From Gekko japonicus (Eukaryota), in contig NW_015165831.1 in assembly GCF_001447785.1 (NCBI RefSeq), positions 1,426,064-1,490,063 of the forward strand: a stretch of DNA of 64,000 nt, in the 5' to 3' direction. The notes beneath the pieces are model-generated. The model saw nothing but the letters and a program-made list of their open reading frames with translations. It had not been told where the DNA came from and did not search any database. Positions within the stretch are counted from its first letter, which is position 1; each line of letters starts with the position of its first letter. Shown here in pieces: positions 22,978 through 35,195 of the stretch. The position numbers and the translations under genes are program-made.

Positions 22978-24282
22978 CTCTCCACACACTTTTGGTCATT
23001 TTTGCAAAAGAAGCGCCACTTTGCCTATCTGCCCTAGTGGAGAGATCATGCCAATGACTTGCCCTGATTTGATGTTTCCAGTCTTATGCACATATCAAAT
23101 AAGTCTCATAGAGAGCCAGCATGGCAAGATCAGCAAGTAAACCTAAGCTTCATAACTTCTTTGATTCACAATCCAAACTCGGTCCTGACATGATTTTCAT
23201 TCAAAGTATCACTTCCAGGTACCCCCCTCCCCCGCCAAGCAGGGTTCTGGAACGTTTATGACTTAGCATTAAAAGCACACTGGATCTGGATTTGCCTCGG
23301 CCCCCGTTTTCTGTCTTCAGCAGTGGGTAGCCAAGAGAGCCCCAGCCGGGAAAGATGGAGATGGCCACAATATCCCCTCTTGCTGTCTGACTCCAGCATC
23401 TGAAACTTGGTGGGGGGATACCCTGCCCTTTAAGTGCTGCAACTCACCCCCTCAAGCAGTCATGGGCTTACCTGTATGGACTGCAAAGGACTCAGCTATG
23501 TTCCTGGCTGGGGACCACCACAGGTCTCGCTCACCTGTTTGTCAACCAGCGTTCTGTCATTCACACCAAACCAGGGTTGCGGCAACCCCCACTCTGCCCA
23601 TCCTGTCCCTATCCGGGAGCAGCCAATCGCATCCTAGGAGAAGAATGACATCTCAGGCTGGGGGAACCTATCACGAGCCGGGGGGGGAGTGTCTCTCGCA
23701 ATGCTGCTGAATTCAGCTGCCATTCCGTTGCATTCATGATGACCTGCAAGGTTTGCAGAGGAAAGACAGAGGCGAGAGACGCCTGAAGGAGCCTGTGGGG
23801 TCGATGCTGGGTCTCAACCCTGCAACGCGCAAAGGAGCTGGACGAAAAGAGTGCATCTGAGCCTGTGTAGAATGGAGTCCAGTGGGCACTTTAAAACCTT
23901 AGACAAATTTCTTTTCAGAATAAGCTTTGTCAGCCAGAGCTCCAGATACATTAAGTGTTCAACAATTGGGGCTGATTTTATACACAGAAAGTGGGAGAGG
24001 GCATGTTAAAAAGAGAGACTGGTGTAATACGAGATCCAGTCGAAGGAGTAATTCATTCAAACAAGTGGGTGTGAAACTTGAAACTAACCACAACAAAGTA
24101 GATGGAACACACAAACCAGGCTAATTTAGAATGAGACAGGATAGTGGAGTACACTCTTCTGGCAAACTCTGCAGTTTTGTGCATGAATTCATTTATTGTT
24201 TCTTGGCTGTGCAGTGTTGGCACATAACATATTCTTGCTCTCACTCCCCCCCCCCCCCCCCCCAATTTACAATACCGCCACG

Positions 24283-24823
24283 TACTCCTTGATATAGAGG
24301 TGCAAGATCTGAGAAGACTGGCGCACAGACATTGCTCTCCCATGAGTATGGGACTTTTTTTTAGCCACATTTCCTCAGGATACCTGGCAAAACTGATTCA
24401 GCCCCATCTTCGTAGGGCTTTCATGCTAGCACGGTTCGACGTCCTTCCCTCAGCTGTTCTATCGGGAAGGTTCAAGAAAATTCCCTATAAAGATAGATTG
24501 TGCCCCTGTGGGATGGGGGAAATTGAATCCATTGGACATGTGCTATTGCACTGTAAATTACACTATGACATCCGTGTTGTTTATATTGAACCTGTGTTGC
24601 ACCCCCTTTTGGGCCAATCTGATGAGCATAAAATTAGTTCTTTATTGTCTTCGCATAATATAGAAATTCTGGAACCTGTAGCAAATTTTTTTTATGAGGT
24701 AACTAGGAGGAGAGGCTCATCTTAAGGCAATTCGGAATGTGATACCCCTCCAGCCTATCTTGAGGCTCTGCTGCATGTGTATTTGATATTTTATGCCAAT
24801 AAAGGTATTGTATTTGTATTTGT
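24283..24823 (+). mobile_element. 5'-truncated RTE-X-like LINE 3' end; TSD AATACCGCCACG
   Basis: LRRAFMLARF...RLCPC...HVLLHC, (TATTTG)n tail, repeats at 24271-24282 and 24824-24835. Confidence 0.8.
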
Positions 24824-25402
24824 AATACCGCCACGCAGCTGAAGAATTAGGCTCCTGTGCCCCCCCCCCAGGAGACATCATAAGAGGTTTCCATTGGCAG
24901 CAGAGTCTAGGGATGCCAGCCTCCAGGTGGGACATGGAGATCTCCGGGATTTATAGCTCATCTCCAGACTACAAAGATAAGTTCCCCTCGAGAAAATGGG
25001 TGCTTTGGAGGGTGGACCACACTGAGGTCCCTGTCCTCCCCCAGGCTCCACCCCCAAATCTCCAGGAGTTTCCCAGCCTTGATCTGGCAACCCTATCCCC
25101 CCCCCCCGGTGAGGAGAACCTGGCAACCCTATTGCCAGAGACTCGGGCAGATGCAATGGTACACCTTAGGTGCCACTTTATTGAAATCAAAACCTCAAGG
25201 GGCTGAACTACGGCAAGCAGGCGCACACTGCTCTGGGGCAGTTTTATCAGGCCTGCCCAGGTCTTGTAGAAGGCTGGCAACCTACAGGTGGCACTTGGAG
25301 ATCACCTTTTATTACAGCTGATCTCCTCCAAGATCAGTTCCCGTAGAGCAAATGGTCGCTTTGGAGGGGGGATTCTATGGCTGGATCGAGGCGGGTCGGC
25401 AC

Positions 25403-25608
25403 CAACGTTCCCTCTAAGCTGTGGAGTCTTGTGAGCAAAAGTTCTAGTCTGTGAGCTACCGGCATTAAAGTTGTGAGCGAGCGATTTGGCTGCTGCAGAA
25501 ATTAGTTTGCTTGGGAGCCATACTTCCTGAGCTAAGACAAAAATGTGTGAGCCAGAGGCTTAAAAACTGTGAGCTAGCTCACACTAACTCAGCTTAGAGG
25601 GAACAGTG
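25403..25608. mobile_element. hAT-type MITE family A; TSD GTCGGCAC
   Basis: Same family; 8-bp TSD at 25395-25402 and 25609-25616. Confidence 0.88.
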
Positions 25609-25805
25609 GTCGGCACTACTGTTGTTATTAGATCTAATGGCAGCTGTTGGTCCACCCACATAGGAGTCTGGGGGCACATCCTTGAAATGGCTTACCTCCT
25701 TCCTCCAGGGTCAGGGACAGAGGGTGGTGCGAGGAGAGAGGATATCACCCTGACACCCCCCTGGTGTGTGGGATTCCACAAGGAGAGATTCCCCCCTCAA
25801 GTTGA

Positions 25806-26895
25806 TTAACATTTATATGTGCCCCCTCGCTCAGCTGGTGTAGCATTTTGGGCTGAGTTGTCACCAGTATGCTGATGACACCCAGCTATATCTGTTGGTG
25901 GGCGGCCAGGTAGATACCGTCCTGTCAAATCCGGCTGATGGGCTGGATGCTGTGTGGTTGAATGGCTGAAGCAGAGTTGTCTGAGCCTGAATCCTTTGGA
26001 GGTCCTGTGGCTTGGGAGGGGCGGTCCGAGGTTGGGGTACCACCTCCTGTGTCTTGACAGCATGCTTCTAACACTGGCACCCACTGTCAAGAGTCTGGGT
26101 GTGGTTCTGGATGCCTCCCTACCTATGGAGGCCCAGATCACAAAGGTTGCCAGACTGGCGTTCTTACAACTGCACCAAGTCAGGCAACTGGCCCCTTACC
26201 TCTCCCGTTCTGACCTAGCCGCAGTGATCCATGCAATGGCCACCTCTAGGATGGATTACTACAACTCGCTGTACTTGGGGCTACCCTTGAAGAAACCTGA
26301 GGATTACGGCTTGCCCAAAATGCAGCTGTACGGGTGCTTATGGTCACTCCAACAACAGCACATATCTAGCTAGTGCTTCACCAGCTGCATGGGCTCCAAG
26401 CTGAGTACCAGATCTGCTTCAAGGTTCTGGCTTTGACCTATAAAGCTCTCCACATTCAGGGACCAGTGTAGCTGCAAGACCGCCTCTTCTGGTATATCCC
26501 CCAGAGAGCCTTGCGCTCAGTATCTACTAGCCCAAAAGACATCCAGCTATCCTAGACCAGAGCCAGGGTTTTTTTTGGCCCTGGCTCCTGCCTGGTGGAA
26601 CTCTCTACCTGGCGATATCCATGCCCTACAGGACTCGAGACAGTTCCGCAGGGCTTGTAAAACAGAGATGTGTGCCACCAGGCCTAGGGTCGAGGATAGC
26701 AACGGTTTACCATCATATCTGGTCCCGATCTCCCCACCCTGTAAGAGGAACTAATAATGACTTATGCCATCAGAATGTTTTTAAGATTTAATTTAAATCA
26801 GTTTTAGACTGGATTTTATATATGCCTGTGAAATTGTGTTTTAAAGTATGCTGTACACTGCCCTAAGCAGGGCAGTATAGAAATAAATAAATAAA
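25806..26895 (+). mobile_element. Degenerate L2 LINE 3' part
   Basis: YADDTQLY, VKSLGVVLD, TSRMDYYNSLYLGLP motifs with frameshifts; AATAAATAAATAAA tail. Confidence 0.85.
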
Positions 26896-29845
26896 ATTAT
26901 ACCCTGCTGAGTTCACCCCCCCACACCCTCCCTCCCCAGATCTCCCCGCGAGGTTCCTCTCCTCTGCACCCTCTTGGCCTTTCCCAGCCAGCTTGCCTTC
27001 CTCTCCTCCCTGGCTCTCCTGCCATCTCCCTTTTTATCTCTGGGGGTCCACCTGTGTTGGCCAAGGCCAGCACCGCCCCTCCCTTCTCTGAGCCTTGTTC
27101 CTCTCTTAACCCCCTTCCAGTTTGGAGTAGTGGTTAAGTGGGCAGACTCTAATCTGGGAGAACCAGGTTTGATTCCCCACTCCTCCACTTGTATAGGGCT
27201 AGCCATGGGGGCCCTTGCTGTCCCCCATGCCTTGGGGTTGCTTGCCAGCCTCCAGGTGGTAAGAAACCCAAGCAGCAGATACGCGCGGAAGGGAGTAAGT
27301 AATACAAAAGATACAAGAGATCAAATCGTGCATAAATAACAAAAATATATATTCAACGATCAATGAGTATAATAATCTAAACCTATATAAATAGAGTAGT
27401 TTTTCAAAAACATAGTGTAGAAATCAGAAACTCAAAAGTACACGGTCCAAATACAAAAACAGTCCTATTAATACACCTTCAGAAACAGTCCAAGTCAAAT
27501 TCCTCAAAAAGTGAATAGTCCAAATATAGACGTGAAGAGAAATTATTAGCAACTGTAGTTGGACTTGTTGAATATATTTTTCATTATTTATGCACGGTTT
27601 GATTTTTTGTGGTGGCTCATGAGGTGCTCTTCCGTGTCTTGGAGCATTTGCTGCCTTTTGCCCAGTAGATGGGGCTTTCTGTTGGCTTCTGTGCCACAGC
27701 TCCGTGCTCAGAGAGGCAATATATGTGATGAATGCTGGTTTCTTGGAGGTGAGGGAGACAGGTGGGCTATTGAGCACTGCGGATGTTCTACGTCTGAGCC
27801 ACAGCCCCTCAGTAACATAGTTTGGTCCACCCCCCTTTTTTATTGCCTGTCTATATTTAACTGCGACCATGTAGCCCAGCTGGTCTCCTTTTAAACTCTG
27901 TATCGTGATTTTAAAAATGCTATGAAATTAATACATTTAATTGTCACGCATTCTATAATATAATCACGAAGATATTCTATATTGTTGCCATTATTAAAAA
28001 GGAAACACAACACGACTGTAGAGGATGTTTTTAGTTAAAAGAGTTAATTGATTTATGAATACATTTTATAGCCTCTCTCTCCAACAAGGGCTCATGGGGC
28101 CTTTTACAGTTTTCGAAAGGATTCTTGAGAACTTGTAAAACTGCAACAGAAAGTTATACAGTTCAGCAGTCACAACCTCAATATGAGCCAAACAGAGCAA
28201 CGTAAATCAACAGCAGTTTTGCACAGTTAATATAACATTTATTTATTTCATTTCTACCTTTCTCACTGACACTTAAGGCCGACTACAACTAAAGAACAGT
28301 ATAATACATACAACCAACACAGAATTAGAGCAACCCATGCTATGAGCACAGTGTAATACAGACAATACAGTGTAATAGGACTGGAGATCGATGCAGTGGA
28401 ACATCAGATACAGCGGATGATTACAGAAATCAGAAAACAATGCAAACAAATACAGCATAATATATACAACAAAGTCTGCCTCAAGGGCCACTGACATCAA
28501 CTACAACCTTATTCGCCTTATAAAAGTGCCCTTGTCAATCATTCTGTTTTATGCATTCTGTGGAATGATAGCAGTGTGGAACCCTTCCTGATTTCATCAG
28601 ATGGGCCATTCCACCAGGTGGGAGCCATAGCAGAGAATACAGGTAGAGGATCTTCTTACCCATTTGATCTTACCCATTTGTAGGGTGGAAACGTCAAAAG
28701 GCTTTGCTCAGATGAGCAGCACTTGAGAATAACTCTGCAAACATTTAGAAACAGTCTTCCTGTCTGTTATGTTTTTACCCCACCTCTCCTCCAAAGAACT
28801 CAGGGAAGCATACTTGGTTCTCTCCTCCCTCATTTTATCATCACAACAATCCTGTGAGGTAGGTTCGGTTGAGAGATAATGACTGGCTCAAGGTCACCCA
28901 AAGGAGTTTCATGTCTGTGTGAGGGATCCGAACCCAGATCTGCCCTAATTTTGCACTGCCTTGTAAACAATAAGGTAATGGGGGAGGGTCACTTTTCAAT
29001 GAGGACCAGCCACACATAGCCAGCCAATAGAAGGCCTATGGAAATTGCACCTCCGCTGAGAATGTGACACTGCATAGGATCTCAGGAAAAATACATATTT
29101 ATACATATATTTAATTTATTTAAACTAGGGATGCCAGCCTCCAGGTGGGACCTGGGGATCCCCCAGAATTACAGCTCATCTCCAGACTACAGAGATCAGT
29201 TCTCCTGGAGAAAATGGATGCTTTGGAGGGTGGACTCTGTGGCCTTGTACCCCCACAGGGGCCCCTGTCCTCCCCAAGCTCCATCCTCAAATCTCCAGGA
29301 GTTTCCCAACCTGGATCTGGCAACCCTACCCCCCAACCATCTGCTGGTGGCTGGGCGGGGGACTTGGCAACCCTATTTAAAACAGCTATAGAGTGGTTGT
29401 CTGAGAAATAATGGCTTGGATCACACTGTAAACTTCCACAAACAAAAGGTGGGTTCGTAGTCTCCTCCCTCTATCAGCAGCCCCCCAATTCACCCCTCAT
29501 GCTAATCCCCCACCACCAGGTTTAGCATTTGGGGGGAAATTTAGGGAGAATTGGATGGGATGGGGGGAGGTGAGGAAGCCCAGTTCTGCTGATGGAAATG
29601 CCTCCCTGTTAAGAGAAGATTTACCATAGGACCCATCTCAATGTCCATAGTAGACTCAATTGCCATTCTTCAAAGCAGACAGGCTGAAAGCTAGCTTTGA
29701 AATGTATTCTGTAGCTTGTGTCTGCCCTGAGAAGGCTGTGTTAAACTAGCCTCTGAGCATGAGCAGCGTGCAAATTCAAACATTTATTTTCCCCAGCGGC
29801 CAATTCAATTGCTGCAGCTTGTGGTATGGTGAGGAGGTGCTTTTA

Positions 29846-31768
29846 CTACACATCACAGTTGTTGTGGAGAAACCAGGACAAGGAGACCCGTGTGAAAGTT
29901 GGAGTGGGAAGAACACAAGGGATCCCTGCGGCCACAGATCTTTTCGGTGCCATGCTGTTGCTCTGCAGCCAAGTCTGCAAGCTGGCAAGCCCACAGTGAC
30001 AAAACAAGGTCAGTTCCTGCAGATCCAAGGTCTGCAGCAGAACCAGTGGCTGGAATACAGATGGGGACAGGGTCATCATAGAGTTCCCACGGAGGCTGAG
30101 GGTACGCAAAGACTGCAGGCCAAGGAATACTTCCTCTGGAAGTAAGGGCAGGAGGTTCTCAGAGAGGTCCAGAGTCTGCAGAGACACCAACCCCCGGAAA
30201 AGACCCTTAGGAAAGTCCTTGAGGCTGCCGAAGCTGAGATTCAGGACCGTCAACCTCTCTAAATGATGAAAGATGCCTGCACATTTCCCTGCTTTCCAGA
30301 CGCCTGCCAGGTTGTTATGGGAAAGATCCAGTTCTCTGAGGTGTCTGGGGCCTTCTTGGATCCAGAAGCATCTTGCCAAGTGGTTGCTTGAGAGATTTAG
30401 AAAAAGCAAAGAGGGGATCTTCCCTAGCTGCTCCCAGAGCTGCCCCAGGTCACTCAGACGGTTGGAGGAGAGGTCAAGGTGTGTCAGGTTCTGGCTAAGA
30501 TGCTCAATGCCCAAGGTGTCCCTGATCCTGTTGTGCCCCAGCATCAGACGCTGCAGAGATGGGAGTTTACCGTTTGGTACTTGGGAGAGAGCATTGTCCT
30601 GTAAGTCAAGGATTTGCAAGGAATCCAGCCCCACAAGGGCATCATGTTGAACAATTCCAATGTGGTTGGACTTCAGGATGAGATACTGGAGGGGCAATGA
30701 CCTCAGACTTTTCAATGCTTTTGTGTACAACTCCCCAAGAAGGTTGTTGGATAGATCAAGAACATGCAGTTGATTCAGCTTGAGGAAGGCCCCATCATGG
30801 ATCTCGGTAATCTTATTGAACCTCAAAAACAGGATGTGGAGATCTGGGAAAGCTGAGAAGACAGAGGGGGCTAGTTCATTTAGGAAGCCATGGGACATGT
30901 CAAGGGAGAAGGTGCCACTATCATGTAGCCCAGAGAAGGTCCTGGCCGAAATGTCCTCCAGGTTATGGAAACCAAATGAGCTTCCAATCGCCACTGAGTA
31001 TTGCATCTTGAGGTTCTGGATCCGTGTGCCAGTTATGCTTGTGAAAAACTGTTCAACTTGCATTGCATCCCATGGATTGGAAGAGATGTCCAGGGTTCCC
31101 ACCGTGATGTTGTGGAAAGGGTTGGTGCAGGTGGGGTGGTAGAGCAAACGGTTAAAAGACAGGTCAAGCAAGGCAAGATGGCGCCCTTTCAGGTTTTGTA
31201 GGTCATCCCCACAAATCCTCTCAATGTTGTTGAGTTTCAGCTGAAGGAAGCTTAGCCTTCTAAGCTGTTGAAAGGCTGGATCAGGCCTCAGTCTCTGGAT
31301 GAGATTTCCAGAAAGATCCAGTCTCTTCAGGGACACCAAATCCTGGAAGTATCTTCTTTCCAAAACCTTATCATCAAAGCCATTAACATCCAAGAGTAAT
31401 ACCTCAAGCTTGGTCAGGCCTGCGAACGCAGCGGGGTGTAGCGTTACATTCATGTTGCCTCCAAGGTCCAGGAATGTGATACCAGCCACATTCTGAAAGG
31501 CCCTCTCTCCCACAAAGAGGGACCCTCCCAACTGCTTCCCAAGGGATAACATCTGCAGGGAATCCATTTGGGGCCAGGTAGAATTCAAGATGGTGGAGAA
31601 AAGGTTAAAATTCAGCAGGAGGACCTGGATGGTGGGATCAACTTTGGGAACTGTCTTGTGGCTTTGACCTTGGCAGTCGGCTACCAGTCGAAAATTTATC
31701 ATGGTATGATGGCAGCGGTCTGGGACATCTGTGGTGTAACCCAAGACAGTCAGCGATAGGATGGCCAT
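29846..31768 (-). CDS. TLR5: Soluble Toll-like receptor 5-like protein (TLR5S-like): LRR ectodomain only, 640 aa, no TM or TIR
   Basis: TLR5-type motifs LLLNFNLF, LHPAAFAGL, YFQDLVSLKRLDLSGN, CTNPFHNITVGTLDISSNPW, IGSSFGFHNLEDISARTFSGL, LDMSHGF, LSNNLLGELY. Complete LRR-CT (FCHC...C...C), then tandem stops TAG TAA and a minus-strand AATAAA at 29783-29788. A splice acceptor at 31780 indicates upstream exon(s), so the true start may lie further 5'. Confidence 0.9.
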   Translation of the reverse strand: MAILSLTVLGYTTDVPDRCHHTMINFRLVADCQGQSHKTVPKVDPTIQVLLLNFNLFSTILNSTWPQMDSLQMLSLGKQLGGSLFVGERAFQNVAGITFLDLGGNMNVTLHPAAFAGLTKLEVLLLDVNGFDDKVLERRYFQDLVSLKRLDLSGNLIQRLRPDPAFQQLRRLSFLQLKLNNIERICGDDLQNLKGRHLALLDLSFNRLLYHPTCTNPFHNITVGTLDISSNPWDAMQVEQFFTSITGTRIQNLKMQYSVAIGSSFGFHNLEDISARTFSGLHDSGTFSLDMSHGFLNELAPSVFSAFPDLHILFLRFNKITEIHDGAFLKLNQLHVLDLSNNLLGELYTKALKSLRSLPLQYLILKSNHIGIVQHDALVGLDSLQILDLQDNALSQVPNGKLPSLQRLMLGHNRIRDTLGIEHLSQNLTHLDLSSNRLSDLGQLWEQLGKIPSLLFLNLSSNHLARCFWIQEGPRHLRELDLSHNNLAGVWKAGKCAGIFHHLERLTVLNLSFGSLKDFPKGLFRGLVSLQTLDLSENLLPLLPEEVFLGLQSLRTLSLRGNSMMTLSPSVFQPLVLLQTLDLQELTLFCHCGLASLQTWLQSNSMAPKRSVAAGIPCVLPTPTFTRVSLSWFLHNNCDV

Positions 31769-32090
31769 ACAAAGGAGGACTGTAAATTAAAGAGAAGGTT
31801 ATTTATTCATTTGCCATAATTATCTATGCGTACTAGTTCTATAAATTACAATTCCCAGAGTTCCCCTGATTGCTGGCAGAGTTTAGTGTCTGGCACCCTG
31901 TGGCTCGAAGACCTTTGTTTGACTTTTATCTTTACCATTAAGTCACTAGCAGTGCCATTCTAAGGAAGTAAATCCCAATGAACAGACTTGAGTAGGATTC
32001 TGGGAAGACCTGCTAAGGGACGGCACAGTAGCAAGGCCATCTTAAGCAGAGTTACGCCCTTCTTTTCCCATCCATTTCAATGGGCGTAGC

Positions 32091-32507
32091 CAGGGCTATT
32101 TTTGGGCAGGAATGCACAGGAAGGGAGTTCCGGCTGGCTTCAGAGTTGGCCATGCCCACTACAGCCAAAGCCTCTGGATGCATGGCTACAGAGGGAAGGC
32201 CTGGAGAGCAAACCCCCCCCCCCGGTAACTCCGAGGTGGGCAAGCCAGGGGGGCCCCAGCAAGGATCGGGGAGGCATTTAAATGCCTCCCTGTGCCTCCC
32301 CTGGCCTGTCCAAGGGCTGGCTTACCCAGGCTCCCTGCAACTGCGGGACACCCAGGCAAACCAAGGGGAGGCATGGAATGTGGCCTAATATGCTAATGTG
32401 CTGTGCTGTCGGGGGTGTAGCCTAATATGCTAATGAGTTTCTGCTGTTGGGTGTGGCCTATTATGCAAATGAGTTCCTGCTGGTTTTTTTCTACAAAAAA
32501 AGCCCTG
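32091..32507. mobile_element. hAT-type MITE family B variant; TSD GGCGTAGS; just upstream of the TLR5S-like coding exon
   Basis: CAGGGCT...AGCCCTG termini; repeats at 32083-32090 and 32508-32515. Confidence 0.85.
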
Positions 32508-33858
32508 GGCGTAGGAGTGTAGCAGGATTTTAATTATGTCACCAGTTTTCTTGCCGATGATGCATGTTTTCATGTAGAAGCGAGTTCATATCAGTTTCAT
32601 CTACTGGTCAAACTGGTTGCATTAGGTTTTCTTTGATCTTGCACAGCTAATGAAAATGGTTACAGAAATACTAGATTCTGTTTAGAGCCAAACCATTCTG
32701 TTGGACTAGGATCTGGGAGACAGCATGTTTAAGTTAGAGTTGCCAGACCCCCTGGTGGAGGCAGAGGTCCTGGCCACCAGAGCCTGCCCCCCAGCTGTCG
32801 ATCAACTGGCTGGCCGGGGGACTTACTGGGAACAAAAAAAGTGTGTATGTGTGTGGGGGGGGGACTTAACCCTGAAACCTAGGAACCAGAACCTAAAAAG
32901 GTAAGTCAAACAGAACAGAGGGCCAACAATAAAAACTTAATGTTTATAATATGAAAAGATACATGTGTTTATTAGCAAAGAATTAAAAAACATATAAGGG
33001 CCCAATCACACCTCATGTAAAAATGTGTATCTTACACACAAGGGCCAATGGGCTTGGCTTACCAGGCCATGTTGTTGGCATCGCACAGGAAGTGATGTCA
33101 TCATGCCAGCAATGTCAGGGTGAGACGCTGATATTTCGGGCAAAAACTTTGGTAGAAGCTGTTTTCTACCATAGAGTTTTTGCCCAAATACCAGAGCAGC
33201 ACAGTGTCATTGCAGTGTGATGATGTCACTTCCTATGAGATGCCAGCAACGTGGCCTAGACCGTCCTCTTTCTCCTGGTAAGTCCTCCCATCCCCCGCCA
33301 TTTGCCTGGAAGGAGCCTTAGTTTGAATCCCCACTCTGCTGTGGAAGCACTGTGGATAGCCTTGCACAAACCATTCTCTTTCTCTGAGCCCAGCCTATCT
33401 CACAGGGCTGTTGTTATGAGGATAAAATGGAGATGGGGAGAACAATGTTGTAAACCTCTTGGGTTCCCATTGGGGACACAAGCAGGGTATGAATATCTAA
33501 ATGAATAAATACTTGTGGGGTACACAAATACAGAATATAGCTGATAAGGTAGAGTATTTGGCAATCTCTCCTTATTATAATTGAATAGTGGGTGCCAAAG
33601 TTCTAAAATGCGCCCCGTTAGTGTATGGGCAAAAAAATTGCCACTCAGAAGACGCTGCATCCGATGACTGGCTCCCTCAGCGAACCTGGCCTGCCATTGG
33701 CTGGGTGGCTGGGAGGGGAGGGAGCCAGTCATCGCGGCCAGTGTCGTCTTCACGGGCCGCATTCAGTCCAGCCAACGGAGCTGGTAGGGTCCGCCAGCTT
33801 CCCCCCTCCCCGCGCCCACTCCAAAACGGCAGACGGGGCCTTCAGGCCCTGTCCGCCG

Positions 33859-33984
33859 NNNNNNNNNNNNNNNNNNNNNNNNNNNNNNNNNNNNNNNNNN
33901 NNNNNNNNNNNNNNNNNNNNNNNNNNNNNNNNNNNNNNNNNNNNNNNNNNNNNNNNNNNNNNNNNNNNNNNNNNNNNNNNNNNN
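33859..33984. other. Assembly gap in GC-rich sequence
   Basis: N run. Confidence 1.
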
Positions 33985-34029
33985 CCCCCCGCACTCCAGG
34001 CCGCCGGACGGGTCCGCTCCACCGGTCCA

Positions 34030-34360
34030 CTACCCCCCTCCTTTTTCTCTCTCTCTCCTCCCAACATTCTCTCTCACACTCACTCTGTTTCCCCCCTCTC
34101 TTTCTTTCTCTGCCCTTCTTCCTTCTCAACTATCCTTCGTCCCATTCACTCTCTCTCAATCTCTGTCTTTCTACCCATCTTCCTTCCTTCCTTTCATTCT
34201 TCCTCCCTTCCTAGCTTCCTTCCTTCCTTTCTTTCCAAATTACTAACATTAACCCCACTCTGTCTCCCCCCCTTTTCTCTCTTTCCCCCCTCTCTAACTC
34301 TGTCTCTCTCTCTCTACCTCCTCTTCTCCATTCCTCCCTTCCACTCGCCCTTCCTTCCAA
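34030..34360 (+). repeat. Polypyrimidine low-complexity tract (CT/CCTT)
   Basis: Read directly. Confidence 0.9.
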
Positions 34361-35195
34361 GCAGTGACCCTTGTTAGGAAAACAGAGCTGTTGCGAAATG
34401 TTACATTCCAATCGGGGGGAAAGGCAGGATGTGTAGAAAATGCTGGTTTTTATTTCTTAAGAACACACCAAAGAGGAACTGAAACTTTCAAAACCAAAAT
34501 CAGCACTGAAGTCTGGTAACATAGGGCTGCCAAACTCCAGGTGGGACCTGGAGATCTCCCACTATTACAACTGATCTCCAGACAACAGACGTCAGGTCCC
34601 CTGGAGAAGATGGCCATTTTGGAGGGTGGACTGCACAGCATTGTATCCTGCTAGGGCCCCTCCTCTCCCCAAATCCCACCCTCCATGCCCAAAATCTCCA
34701 AGTATTTCCCAACTCACAACTAGCAGCCCTAGCTAACTGCCATCTCTAAGTGCCATTTCCATTTTTCCCAGAATGCCACATTGTTCAGTCTTAAACAATC
34801 TCCCTTATCTCCCTTATAAATAACTCACTAAAGTCCTAATATCTGTATGGAGAGTGGGCAGGTTCAGTCGGTTTTGACAGCGGAACTCCCACCTATGGTT
34901 ATTAAGAATATGTAACTGCTGTTACTACACATGTACTTAAACACAGACATAAAAGAAGCAATACAACCAATGCTCTTTAACATTTAAAATAAACTCTTTA
35001 TATATAAACAAAGCATGGAGGTTTTCATATAAATCCTCATTCACTTCTGGTTGGTTGCTATTACTTCATAGCAATGAATCTTCAGGATATTACTGAGTAC
35101 AGATATCTTCAGCATCCACAAGGATGCACAGAACAGAAAAAATACTAAGCACATAAATAATACATATATTGTAGGTCCATATGTTGTAAGCTCAC

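Noticed and set aside
28900-29845. TM/TIR exon or remnant downstream of the TLR5 ectodomain
   Set aside because: I found no hydrophobic TM stretch or TIR box motifs (YDAY, RDFxPG, FW) in the ORFs provided or by reading; the region is repeats and UTR-like sequence. A tblastn with a TLR5 TIR domain would settle it.
33588-34411. ORFs of 208 and 250 aa spanning the gap
   Set aside because: Artefacts of the N run and the polypyrimidine tract.
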